In this document: positions 18,866 to 28,363 of the stretch, one piece after another
Layout: every line of letters starts with the position of its first letter
Position numbering within the stretch: position 1 is the first letter of the stretch
Source of the DNA: an archaeon
GTDB lineage: Archaea; Nanobdellota; Nanobdellia; Pacearchaeales; GW2011-AR1
Length of the DNA: 56,697 nucleotides
Direction: 5' to 3'
Assembly: GCA_043817815.1 (NCBI GenBank)
Contig: JBDRGM010000024.1
Span: 1-56,697 of the forward strand
Made by a program: the position numbers and the translations under genes
Notes under the pieces: model-generated
What the model saw: only the letters and a program-made list of their open reading frames with translations
Databases searched by the model: none
Told to the model about the DNA's origin: nothing

Positions 18866-19930
18866 ATGATTAAAAAAATCTGTTTTTTTAGTACTAGTTT
18901 TGCAATGCATAAGCAAGTTAGATTAAAATATGCTGAGAGATATTTGCCTAAAGACATACAGATTTTTCTTTTAACACCTGCAGCACACAATAAATACAAA
19001 TTAAAAAGAGCAGAGGTTATTGAGATATCTGGAAGCAAAATAAACTTTGTTTTAGAATTAAGAAGGTTCTGCAAAAAAAACAGAATAGACCTGCTGACTA
19101 ATCTTGGAACAATTAATGAATCTTTTGGAATGGTCTTTGCAACTTTTGGATTAAAGACAAAATACATAATTAACTTTATAGGAAATATATGGGATATTAC
19201 AAAATTGCAAAATAAATCAAAGAATTTGTTTTTATTTATCAAAAAGATTTTTCTTGCAATACCATTTATTTTTGCCAAGAAAATTATTCAACCCTCACCA
19301 GACCTCGCTGACAAAACAAAAAAATATTATCCCTTCACTAAAAGCAGAGTATTTCATACACCATTAATTGTTGATGAGAAATTATTCTCTCCAAAAGATA
19401 AAGCAAGTGCTAGGAAAAAATTAAAACTTCCAATTAAAAAAGACATCATACTATCTGTTGGAAGAGTCTCTTATCTTAAGGGTTCAGATATACTAATTGA
19501 ACTTGCTAAAAAAAATCCAGACAAATTATTCATAATTGTAGGAGAAATAATTGACAAAACTTATGAAAAAGAGAGATTACCAAACCTCGTGTTAATTCAT
19601 TCAGTAAAAGGAAAAGAGCTGGCAGATTATTATAACTCTGCTGATTTATTTATTTTTCCAAGTAGGATTGAGGCATATGGTATGGTTCATAGGGAAGCAA
19701 TGTCATGTGAAACACCGTCATTAATTTCAGACATTCCTGCATTAGGACTAACAGAACATGCTCTCAAATCAAAGCCAAATGCAGAAGAAATGCAAATACA
19801 ACTTGATAAATTCTTTTCAATGTCAGAGAAAGAAAGAAAAAAATTAGGAAAAATCAGCAGAGGCTATATCCTTAAAGAAAATTCTTATAATAGTCTCAAG
19901 GAGATCCATAAAGAACTCTTATTGAGCTAA
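18866..19930 (+). CDS. GT4-family (GT-B fold) glycosyltransferase
   Basis: 354 aa. SVGRVSYLKGSD, LFIFPSRIEAYGMVHREAMSCETPSLISD (E-x7-E motif). Confidence 0.8.
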   Translation: MIKKICFFSTSFAMHKQVRLKYAERYLPKDIQIFLLTPAAHNKYKLKRAEVIEISGSKINFVLELRRFCKKNRIDLLTNLGTINESFGMVFATFGLKTKYIINFIGNIWDITKLQNKSKNLFLFIKKIFLAIPFIFAKKIIQPSPDLADKTKKYYPFTKSRVFHTPLIVDEKLFSPKDKASARKKLKLPIKKDIILSVGRVSYLKGSDILIELAKKNPDKLFIIVGEIIDKTYEKERLPNLVLIHSVKGKELADYYNSADLFIFPSRIEAYGMVHREAMSCETPSLISDIPALGLTEHALKSKPNAEEMQIQLDKFFSMSEKERKKLGKISRGYILKENSYNSLKEIHKELLLS

Positions 19931-21112
19931 CTTTTTCATCCTAACTTTTTCATAAAATTTTTCTATATCTTTTACTATGTTACCTGTGCTAGATTCTTTT
20001 TGGAACTTTCTCACATTTTTTTGTAACTGGAGGTAATTTTGTGCTTCTAATATTTTTCTAAAATTTTTCAAATCTATTTCTTCTATTGAAAACCCAATCT
20101 TATATTTATTAATTATCTCTGCAGTATATTCATTTTGGGCACTTGTAATAGTAGGTAATCCTGCTTCAAGATAATTTGTCACTTTTGCAGCATTCTCTGT
20201 TTTTAAAATTCCAGGATTTTCTTCAACCTCTGATTTGTCTCTAAAATCAGGCAAAATACCATAAGTATATTCAGACGATTCCTCATTCAGATTATAAGGG
20301 CTTACTCTTTCGTGAAAATGATAATAAAGATTATTTCTTGATTCTTCTCTTAGTATCTGGTTGTCTCCTGCATCTTCAGAAGGACCATATGAATGAAGGT
20401 GTATTTTTTGTAGGGTGAAAATTTTTATCAAATCTAAAAAAGAGATAGTATTATTATTCCAGCTTGGAAATGGACTTCCGCCATAAACAATATGAATTTC
20501 ATTATTTTTCTTTTGTTTTGGAGGAAAAATCCATTCATCAAGCGGACAAGGGAGCAGAGCCATTTTAGGGGCATTAACCTTATAATTAAGTAATTCAAAT
20601 TGCCCAAGTGAATGTTTATTTAAGACACCATCAACCATCTTGAAACATATTCTCTCACAGATTCTTTGAAATTCTCCTTTCAACCCAAATCTTTTAAAAA
20701 GAGCTTTTCTTGTTTCAACACCCCACATATCATTTGAAAAATATATTTTAGTTATATCTTTTCTTGATAATGATAGAGCCATTAAGCTAAATACATCTGG
20801 ACCAGTAACTTGGAAAATATAGGGTCGCACTTCTCTAAGTTTTTTTAAAAAAATTCTTCCTCTCTCACTTAAAATAGTATTTAAAAAATTAATAAATATT
20901 CTAAAAAAATTACGATTCAATTTATGACTTAATTCAAGCTCAAAAATATGATTATATGCCTTCCCATAAAACTCTTTATCAACTTTTGAAAAACAAAAAA
21001 GAATTGTTTCATATTCTCCTGTTAGTTTTAAACTTCTAGCAATTCTATAATTCATTGCAGTTGGTTTTGGTTCAATAAAAATAATTTGTTTCTTTTCCAT
21101 CATCCCATCCAA
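19919..21112 (-). CDS. Hypothetical protein, possibly a GT-B-like glycosyltransferase
   Basis: 397 aa long clean ORF with a 13-nt overlap to the upstream gene. The C-terminal half (IHIVYGGSP..., VTNYLEAGLPTITSAQNEY) only loosely resembles GT-B donor-binding domains. Start uncertain (MDGMMEKK). Confidence 0.3.
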   Translation of the reverse strand: MDGMMEKKQIIFIEPKPTAMNYRIARSLKLTGEYETILFCFSKVDKEFYGKAYNHIFELELSHKLNRNFFRIFINFLNTILSERGRIFLKKLREVRPYIFQVTGPDVFSLMALSLSRKDITKIYFSNDMWGVETRKALFKRFGLKGEFQRICERICFKMVDGVLNKHSLGQFELLNYKVNAPKMALLPCPLDEWIFPPKQKKNNEIHIVYGGSPFPSWNNNTISFLDLIKIFTLQKIHLHSYGPSEDAGDNQILREESRNNLYYHFHERVSPYNLNEESSEYTYGILPDFRDKSEVEENPGILKTENAAKVTNYLEAGLPTITSAQNEYTAEIINKYKIGFSIEEIDLKNFRKILEAQNYLQLQKNVRKFQKESSTGNIVKDIEKFYEKVRMKKLAQ

Positions 21113-21630
21113 TTATACAAATCCTTCCTCTCAATAATTATTGCAGATCTTCCAGAACTCTTTGCTATTTCATAAGCACCAATTACTTCAAGAGGAGTTT
21201 TAGGTTCATAAACATCAATATTTTTTACAATTTTTTTAAAAATTTCACTGAAATCCTGTGTATGTTGCATCCCCGGGTCTAATGGTTTACTTGAACCCAC
21301 TGCCGCTCTTATTATAACAGGCATTTTAAATTGTCCTTCTGACATTGTTTCTAATTTATCTAAATGATTAACAATACCGTCGAGAGCAATTAACATAAAG
21401 TCATGCCTCTCAAAAAACAAAACAGGCTTAAATCCTTCTAAAGCCATTCCCATTGCAAGTCCAATCATTAAATTTTCTGCCAAAGGTGTTTCAAGTTTTT
21501 TTGATTCAGGAATATTTGCAAGAGTTCCATATCCTTTAGAACCATAGCTTATGTTATATCCTATGAAGATTGTTTTCTCATCTTGGGCTAAATTTTCCAT
21601 TGATAATTTTATTGCCTCACCGTATTTCAT
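21100..21630 (-). CDS. Small 2-oxoacid dehydrogenase E1 beta-like / transketolase pyrimidine-binding-domain protein
   Basis: 176 aa. FIGYNISYGSKGYGTLANIPESKKLETPLAENLMIGLAMGMALEGFKPVLFFERHDFMLIALDGIVNH resembles the Pyr domain of E1 beta. The start codon abuts the stop of the E1 alpha-like gene (21630). Confidence 0.6.
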   Translation of the reverse strand: MKYGEAIKLSMENLAQDEKTIFIGYNISYGSKGYGTLANIPESKKLETPLAENLMIGLAMGMALEGFKPVLFFERHDFMLIALDGIVNHLDKLETMSEGQFKMPVIIRAAVGSSKPLDPGMQHTQDFSEIFKKIVKNIDVYEPKTPLEVIGAYEIAKSSGRSAIIIERKDLYNWMG

Positions 21631-22259
21631 TAGAAACTCGCACCCCCTGCTTTCATTCCAGAAAAATCAACCCAGTTGCCAGTGCCAACATGAGGATATG
21701 TTGCTTCAAAATAATATCTTCTCACACAACTTGGCCAGTTCATCTCAGACTTATTATATCTTACATGTTTAGGTGTCTCAACAGAACGATTATTGTCTTC
21801 AATAATAAATGTGCACGGCAAATCATGTCCATCAACATACCTCACAGCTTCGTAAAAATGCCCTTCGTCTTCTGCACCATCCCCAATAAAACACCAAACG
21901 CGATTGCTACTGCCTTTTTTCTTTAAAGCCCATGCAGTTCCTGCTGCAATAGCAACACAACCTGCAACAATCGAGGACGTAACAAAATTAATACTCTTAT
22001 CATAAATATGCATACTATCTCCACGCATTATAAATTCCTTCAATCTCTCAAAAGAACCTCCTGCCAGCAAATAATGATAATGCCCTCGATGCGTTGAAAA
22101 AACATAATCACCTGGCTTCACATCCTTAAATATCTCAATCAACTGCTCCTCGTTTCCTCCACAAAGATGAACAGGATATGGAATCTTCGCGGCCTCCCAA
22201 AGTTCTGCAATGTCATTTTCAAAATCTTTTAATTTTCTAATAATCTCTTCTTTATCCAT
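21630..22259 (-). CDS. Small ThDP-binding E1 alpha-like protein
   Basis: 209 aa. FIGDGAEDEGHFYEAVRYVDGHDLPCTFIIEDNNRS is a ThDP GDG-x(25-30)-NN motif. STHRGHYHYL resembles the E1 alpha region. Confidence 0.65.
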   Translation of the reverse strand: MDKEEIIRKLKDFENDIAELWEAAKIPYPVHLCGGNEEQLIEIFKDVKPGDYVFSTHRGHYHYLLAGGSFERLKEFIMRGDSMHIYDKSINFVTSSIVAGCVAIAAGTAWALKKKGSSNRVWCFIGDGAEDEGHFYEAVRYVDGHDLPCTFIIEDNNRSVETPKHVRYNKSEMNWPSCVRRYYFEATYPHVGTGNWVDFSGMKAGGASF

Positions 22260-22330
22260 CTTAATCTCGAGATAGATTTATTTATAAAAATTTATGTAGT
22301 GGAGATATGTAATAGATAAATTTTTTATCT

Positions 22331-23572
22331 TTATTTGTTACCTAAATCTGCAATGAGAGCAGCATCAGGAAGCATGTTAAATTTGCTCAAAAAAAGAGGA
22401 AGGGTTTCAGGTTTGATACTAATCAAAATTGGATGTTCTCCAATAGCTTCTTCTCTTCCATAATTTTTTGTAGCAAGTTCTTCTGTTGAATAATTTGTAA
22501 TAATATTGGTTGAAAAGTATGGAAGTGTTCGCGAATTATCTCCTAGATGAATATGTGTAATCTTAAATTCATTTTCTTTTAAATCAAATTCTTCGCTCAT
22601 CTCTTTAGTGACTTCATCTTTATAAAATTTACCAAAGTTAAATCCTTCATTAAAAAATTCTTTCTTAAATGGTGGTGTTCCTCCAGTGGTAGCAATACAA
22701 TCTGAAGCAATACCCATTCCTTTAGCTTTTTTAACAAGACCAATCTCTTTTCTATTGTCTGAACCCATTGAAAATCCTAGTGCTATATATCTTGCTCTAT
22801 CTTCATTAGTAATACCTAATTCCGGCATTAATTCTTCTACTGTTTTTCCCGTAGAATACCCTGCTTTCATTAACCCCTGTATTTCTTTTGTTTCAATACC
22901 AAATGCTCTTGATAATGCATCATAATCCTTTTCAAATAGTTGTCCTATATTGTTTGTCTTAAATTTTTGAATAATATCTGGAGAAAATCTCTTAGTACTT
23001 AAAAATTCTCCAACAGATTTTGCAGTGAACCTATCTTTTAATTCTGGATTATATCTTGCCATAAATTTCTCAATAGTATCTGCCGCTCCAAAAGTATTGA
23101 TAAACAAATCTATAGGTTTGCTTTGTAATATTGTTTCTAATAAATCTGCTGGTCCCGTAGGCTCACCAGGTTCAGACCAAAGCTTTGTTGCTTTAAAATC
23201 ATAATACCCTCCTTCACAAATGTTTATAGGAGGATTAGCATCTCCAACAATTGCAGTAGGTCCATTAAACATTGTTTTATCCCAAATAATACGTCCAGCA
23301 TTTCTATAAGCCATTAATGCTGCAGGAACTTGATATTTCTCTTTTAAAGGTTTTACTCTGACTTCATCAAAAGAATCAAAACGAGCAATAACAGAAGTAT
23401 CTTTTCTTAATTCTTCTAAACCAGGTCGAGAATCTCCTCTGTGAGAATAAACAATTTCTTTTAATTTTTTTTTATCCATTCCTGGAACAATTGAATAAAA
23501 TTCTGCATATTGTTCATGTCCTGTTTCATCTTTCCCTAAAGAATGTTGATAATGTGCAGGTCTTTCTTTCAT
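22331..23572 (-). CDS. Hypothetical protein (413 aa), function unknown
   Basis: Long uninterrupted ORF in an AT-rich background. No motif recognised with confidence; GGTPPFKKEF...KDEVTKEMSEEFDL is only a very loose Nudix-box-like string. Confidence 0.5.
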   Translation of the reverse strand: MKERPAHYQHSLGKDETGHEQYAEFYSIVPGMDKKKLKEIVYSHRGDSRPGLEELRKDTSVIARFDSFDEVRVKPLKEKYQVPAALMAYRNAGRIIWDKTMFNGPTAIVGDANPPINICEGGYYDFKATKLWSEPGEPTGPADLLETILQSKPIDLFINTFGAADTIEKFMARYNPELKDRFTAKSVGEFLSTKRFSPDIIQKFKTNNIGQLFEKDYDALSRAFGIETKEIQGLMKAGYSTGKTVEELMPELGITNEDRARYIALGFSMGSDNRKEIGLVKKAKGMGIASDCIATTGGTPPFKKEFFNEGFNFGKFYKDEVTKEMSEEFDLKENEFKITHIHLGDNSRTLPYFSTNIITNYSTEELATKNYGREEAIGEHPILISIKPETLPLFLSKFNMLPDAALIADLGNK

Positions 23573-23670
23573 AAAATATTTCCGACAACTTAATTTATAA
23601 GTATTGTTGTAATTTTTTATAAGTATTTGAGATATATTAAATTTTTAAAGAGAAGTCCTTTTTAATTAAA

Positions 23671-24441
23671 ATGGAACAATTTAATCTTGAAACTTATAAC
23701 CCAATTAACTACAATGGATGGATTCTCGGAGATGAAGCAAGAAAAGGAGTTAATATCAAAAGATTAGGAATTTTTAATCCGAATGAAATAAAATTGTTTG
23801 ATTTTTTAATACCTTATCAAGATCAGAGAAATGATCCAGGACAAGGAGAATTAGTCGCTTATATCACAGAAAAATCTCGTATTTATTATCCAGGGATTAT
23901 TAGGGAAGTTGCAAACCCTGCAGCGATGGGACATGATACTGGCTTTTGGGGGGGAGATCCAACTGCATGGAAAAAGTTAGTTGATTCAGGAAGTGATACA
24001 GAGGGCGAACTTAATCGCAGACCCCATCAAAATAGAGGATGTTTAATAATGGGTAAGGCTGTTCAAGCAGTTGGTTATCCTTCAGAAGAATATCATAATG
24101 AAATTGCAGATATTATTGGAGACCACGATACAAGAAAACTTCCTGCAACAAATAATGGAAAATTAGTTCGTATGGCTGATTTAGATTGGAGAGTTACATA
24201 TCCTTGCATACAAATATACAAACAAAATTCAAATCCAGAACAGATTATAAAGGAAGCAGAAAGAGCTTGTTTAAATGAAGAATTTTTACCTCACTTAGGA
24301 AAAGTTGGAGAGGGAATAGCAAGAGCCGAATTAGCAAACACCATCTTCTTTAAATTTGGAGAAGAACAAGCAAGAGTTCTTGAAAAAGATTATGCTCCAG
24401 AATTCCAAAGAGTTAAAGGATTTTATGAATCTCTTCGATAA
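23671..24441 (+). CDS. Hypothetical protein with HD-like motifs (possible metal-dependent phosphohydrolase/oxygenase fold)
   Basis: 256 aa. AAMGHDTGFWGG, IADIIGDHDTRKL and LVRMADLDW give an H/HD/D pattern, but the spacing was not verified against an HD-domain model. Confidence 0.3.
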   Translation: MEQFNLETYNPINYNGWILGDEARKGVNIKRLGIFNPNEIKLFDFLIPYQDQRNDPGQGELVAYITEKSRIYYPGIIREVANPAAMGHDTGFWGGDPTAWKKLVDSGSDTEGELNRRPHQNRGCLIMGKAVQAVGYPSEEYHNEIADIIGDHDTRKLPATNNGKLVRMADLDWRVTYPCIQIYKQNSNPEQIIKEAERACLNEEFLPHLGKVGEGIARAELANTIFFKFGEEQARVLEKDYAPEFQRVKGFYESLR

Positions 24442-24457
24442 TTAATAAATCAAAGTC

Positions 24458-25594
24458 TTACAAATACCTCTTCCCAAATCCAACATCACCAATTGTCATA
24501 GAATTTCCCCCATTCATACATGCACTTAAACCTCTATCCAAAACTATGTTCTGACCGGTTAGACTATTAAGATCATCTGATGCAAGAATAACAACTCCTC
24601 TTGCAAAATTTTCAGGAGTATCTAAACCAATTGGAGTGTTTTCATCACCAAATTTTGTAAAATCCTCTTCAGGCAATAATCTAAAATGTTCAACAACTGA
24701 GACCCCTCCAGGATTTATAGAATTAACTCTTATTCCTCTTGGAGCTAACTCAATTGCAAGAACCCTTGAGGCAGAGGTTACTCCTCCTTTTGTTCCAGCA
24801 TAAACAGAATGACCTGCCTGAGCCCTTATAGCATGATTAGAAGCCATGTTAAGTATAACTCCTCCTTTTGGCATATGTGGAACAACTTTTTGTGTAACAA
24901 AATAATTTCCTCCTTCATTAACTTTTTTTAAAATTTCAAAATCTTGAGGAGTCACTTCTAAAAAAGGTTTGTTTAATGTAATCCCCGCATTGTTCACAAG
25001 AACATCCACATGCCCTAAATAGCCAACAGCATCTTGTGTAAATCTCTCAATCTCTTCATATTCTCTAAAATCCCCTTGAAATGCTTCTGCCTTCCCTCCA
25101 GATTCTTTAATTAAGTCTACTGCAGAGAAAGCTCCTCTTGAAAATTTTTCATAAGGATAATGCAATGCAACTTTCGCGCCTCTTCTTGCAAACTCCAAAG
25201 CAACCGCTCTTCCTATTCCAGTCTCAGAGCCAGTCACAATAGCATTCTTACCTTCAAACAAAACAGTATTCGATTTTGGGTTCATATAATTTCCTTCTGC
25301 CAAACTTAATGCTCTTCCTAACCCCCTGTCTGCCACATTTTTAATAAAGTAAAGTTCTCCTTGCTCTTCTAAATTCCCAATATATCTTCCTATTCCTTCA
25401 TTTAATTGAGGGCTACTTGATAAACGATGTTCAATAGATTTCTGAAGAGCATCTTTCATAAAACCATAACCTATTCCAAAACACTCATTTAATCTAAAAA
25501 ATTCAGTCACATCCACCCCATTAAAATGTCCACTATATTTTCCATCGTCAGAATAAACACAATCAATTAGTCCTCTCCAAACAATCTCTTTCAT
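24458..25594 (-). CDS. Classical short-chain dehydrogenase/reductase with an approximately 110-aa N-terminal extension of unknown function
   Basis: 378 aa. NAIVTGSETGIGRAVALEFARRGAKV (TGxxxGxG), VLVNNAGI, SVYAGTKGG (YxxxK). Confidence 0.8.
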   Translation of the reverse strand: MKEIVWRGLIDCVYSDDGKYSGHFNGVDVTEFFRLNECFGIGYGFMKDALQKSIEHRLSSSPQLNEGIGRYIGNLEEQGELYFIKNVADRGLGRALSLAEGNYMNPKSNTVLFEGKNAIVTGSETGIGRAVALEFARRGAKVALHYPYEKFSRGAFSAVDLIKESGGKAEAFQGDFREYEEIERFTQDAVGYLGHVDVLVNNAGITLNKPFLEVTPQDFEILKKVNEGGNYFVTQKVVPHMPKGGVILNMASNHAIRAQAGHSVYAGTKGGVTSASRVLAIELAPRGIRVNSINPGGVSVVEHFRLLPEEDFTKFGDENTPIGLDTPENFARGVVILASDDLNSLTGQNIVLDRGLSACMNGGNSMTIGDVGFGKRYL

Positions 25595-25610
25595 AAATAT
25601 TTATAACACA

Positions 25611-26660
25611 TCAAACAAAATTATCATGCCCTAATGGATTTGTCAATCTATGAAGATATCTGTTAATAGAGTCTAATCTGCATCCATGCCTGCAACTTTC
25701 AACACCAATTTCATTTAACTTTCTCACAACCTTTCTCCTCCTCTCACTTTCCCAGATTTCGCTAAAACTCTTTTCATATAAATTACCATAACTAAATTCT
25801 TTTTTACCATAAAATAAATTACAAGGGATTATATTTCCATTTGCATCTATCAAAGCAAAAAATGGCAATCCATGGCATTTTTTATAAGTTGCACCCTCGT
25901 GAATTCTTTGTGCAGTAGCTTTTCTAAAAAATATTTTAAATTCATCAGTCTCAAGTTCTTTCAAAGGAGCTTCAAGAGAATTATATTCATCTAAATCAAC
26001 AACCAACCTATTCACACTATCTGGATGTTGAGAATATGGTTTTATCTGCAAATTGTCAACTCCAATCTCCTTCAACATCCCAGCAAGTTTCACAGCCTCG
26101 CCCATATTTTGAGGAATCACTAAAAACTGCGTCCCAATTACTACATTAAGCCCAAGTTCTCTCTTCACCCTAACGCACTCTCTCAAATTTTCAACTAATC
26201 TATTAAAATCATCAGAAGAAGTTCCATGAACTAAGGCATAATTTTCAGGACTTCCAGAATCAATGCTAAATCTTATCCAGGACAAATGAGGAAGGCAATC
26301 TTCAATTTTAGATTTCGTTAAAAGAACTCCATTTGTCGTCATTGAAATATCTAATCCAAACTGTTTTGCTTTCTGCACAAATAATCCTATGTCTTTATGA
26401 AGAGCAGGTTCTCCCTCACCAGCAAACATAATTGACTTCACGCCTTTCTCACCCATTTCTTTTAGTAAAGATAACATCACATCTCTATCAAAAAAATCAG
26501 AACTCTTCTCTAAAAAATCAAGCGCACAAAAAACACATTTATGATTGCACAAATTTGTCGGCGCTATCTCAACATAAATAGGATAACAATCACCCTTTTC
26601 ATACCACTCACCAACTCTCCTAGGATGATACATTAATTTGTGGTGATCAACATCTTCCAT
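25611..26660 (-). CDS. Radical SAM enzyme with Cys-rich SPASM/twitch-like C-terminus
   Basis: 349 aa. IAPTNLCNHKCVFCALD (CxxxCxxC), MFAGEGEPAL (SAM-binding GGE-like). C-terminal KKCHGLPFFALIDANGNIIPCN ... ESCRHGCRLD. Confidence 0.8.
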   Translation of the reverse strand: MEDVDHHKLMYHPRRVGEWYEKGDCYPIYVEIAPTNLCNHKCVFCALDFLEKSSDFFDRDVMLSLLKEMGEKGVKSIMFAGEGEPALHKDIGLFVQKAKQFGLDISMTTNGVLLTKSKIEDCLPHLSWIRFSIDSGSPENYALVHGTSSDDFNRLVENLRECVRVKRELGLNVVIGTQFLVIPQNMGEAVKLAGMLKEIGVDNLQIKPYSQHPDSVNRLVVDLDEYNSLEAPLKELETDEFKIFFRKATAQRIHEGATYKKCHGLPFFALIDANGNIIPCNLFYGKKEFSYGNLYEKSFSEIWESERRRKVVRKLNEIGVESCRHGCRLDSINRYLHRLTNPLGHDNFV

Positions 26661-26737
26661 TTAATCCTCCTTTGTTTTTCATTAAGCTTTCAATCAAAAA
26701 GTCTTTTAAAAGAATTTATGTAGTTGAGTTATATAGA

Positions 26738-28363
26738 TTAAGGAATAAACCAATAATAATCTCCAGTATAACCAGCCTCACTAAACAACTTCTTCCAATC
26801 ATCAACATGCATATATGTTTCTGCAGTTAGATTCCAGTCAATCATTCTCCTCTTCTCCTCTTCATTTCTCCATGCGTCAACTGTGATGAACACATTCTTG
26901 CCAATCCTTTGCATCTCTTGCAAAGCCTTCTTACACTCACTTCTTGAAAGATTGTGAATAGTAGTTATAGAAATAACTAGATCAAATTCCTTATCCTTAA
27001 ATTTACTCAAATCTCTTGCATCACCAACACTCAAAAATTGTTTTACTTCTGGTTTAGAATTTTCAATCGCATAATCAGATATATCAATTCCCTCAACACT
27101 AATCCCTGGCATTGCTTCTTTAAGGTCATGCAACATAAATCCTTTTGCACATCCAACATCCAACACCTTGCTCTCAGAAGTAAGACCATAATGTTTAATC
27201 ATGTCCTGAACAACTCCTGAAAAAAATCTAGGATTATAACTATATCCTCCATAACCCTGCCTTCTTTCACCATCAAAAAACTTTCTCCCAAATTTCTTAG
27301 CAGTGACTATATCCTCCCATGTTTTCTCAACACCTTTTTTAGTAACATCTCGATTTGCCCTTGGATATTTTTCCATCAAATTTATTTCACCAGAAGTTTT
27401 TGTCGGTTCATGAATCCAAGAAGAATTATTCTGAACCCCTCCAATCAACTCTTTTTTAATCATATTAACAATATTTTCTGGAGAAAAACCCATGTTCTCA
27501 CAATTTTTTTTATATCCACAATATCTTCTTACATATTTTTCCCCAAGATTTATCGAAGAATATTTTACCTCTAAATTTTTAGAAGCCTTCAAAACATCAT
27601 CAAATATCCCCCCATGAATACTATGCTCTTCAATTACAAGACACTTTTTTGTTTTAGACAAACTTTTAATAACAATTTCATTATCAAATGGTTTTATTGT
27701 GTGAATGTAAATTATCTCCACATCTATTCCATCATTTTTCAACAACTCTACAGAATCTATCGCGTTTTTTAACTGAGGACCTGTAGCAATAATTGTAACA
27801 TCTTTGCCTTCTCTCACAAGAATCCCTTTTCCAAATTTAATCTGCTCGTCACTAAACTCAACACCATGTGAATTTGCAGGAACCCTAAAATAATTTGGAG
27901 TTCCTTTATCATAGATTTGTTTAAACAATAAATTAAATTCTTTTGGGCTTCCAGGATAAATTATTTGAGAACCCTCAACATTTTTTAAAAGTGCAAAATC
28001 ATCATAACAATGATGTGTAGAACCAAGTGTACCATAGTCAAATCCTGCTCCAATCGAAACAAGGTTGGCTTTTAATTTTTGATAACCAAAGCCAAGTTTA
28101 ATTTGTTCAAAAGACCTTTCAATTAAAAATGGGGCTATTGTGTGAATAACAGGGATAAATCCTATCTTAGATAATCCTGCAGCAATATTTGTCATTGTTG
28201 GTTCACAAACTCCAACATTGTAAAATCTTCCAGGACATGCTTGAGCAAAAGGCTGGAGAGCAAAATGACTTATATCTGCAACCATCGCAACAATTCTAGG
28301 GTCCTGCTTTCCAACTTCAAGTACTGTATCTGCAAATTCCTGTCTTATCTGTTTAGTTTCCAT
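26738..28363 (-). CDS. Fusion: transketolase C-terminal half (Pyr + C-terminal domains) + class I SAM methyltransferase
   Basis: 541 aa. aa 1 to about 310: IVAMVADISHFALQPFAQACPGRFYNVGVCEPTMTNIAAGLSKIGFIPV (transketolase Pyr domain). aa about 330-541: YGGYSYNPRFF...KVLDVGCAKGFMLHDL...DLVISITTIHNL (MT motifs I-III). Confidence 0.8.
   Translation of the reverse strand: METKQIRQEFADTVLEVGKQDPRIVAMVADISHFALQPFAQACPGRFYNVGVCEPTMTNIAAGLSKIGFIPVIHTIAPFLIERSFEQIKLGFGYQKLKANLVSIGAGFDYGTLGSTHHCYDDFALLKNVEGSQIIYPGSPKEFNLLFKQIYDKGTPNYFRVPANSHGVEFSDEQIKFGKGILVREGKDVTIIATGPQLKNAIDSVELLKNDGIDVEIIYIHTIKPFDNEIVIKSLSKTKKCLVIEEHSIHGGIFDDVLKASKNLEVKYSSINLGEKYVRRYCGYKKNCENMGFSPENIVNMIKKELIGGVQNNSSWIHEPTKTSGEINLMEKYPRANRDVTKKGVEKTWEDIVTAKKFGRKFFDGERRQGYGGYSYNPRFFSGVVQDMIKHYGLTSESKVLDVGCAKGFMLHDLKEAMPGISVEGIDISDYAIENSKPEVKQFLSVGDARDLSKFKDKEFDLVISITTIHNLSRSECKKALQEMQRIGKNVFITVDAWRNEEEKRRMIDWNLTAETYMHVDDWKKLFSEAGYTGDYYWFIP

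Noticed and set aside
18826-19278. 150-aa minus-strand ORF overlapping the start of the GT4 gene.
   Set aside because: It is antisense to a well-supported GT4 ORF (E-x7-E motif), and its translation is hydrophobic and low-complexity. The 60-85-aa ORFs 44830..45099 and 47664..47873 at other gene boundaries were rejected on the same logic.
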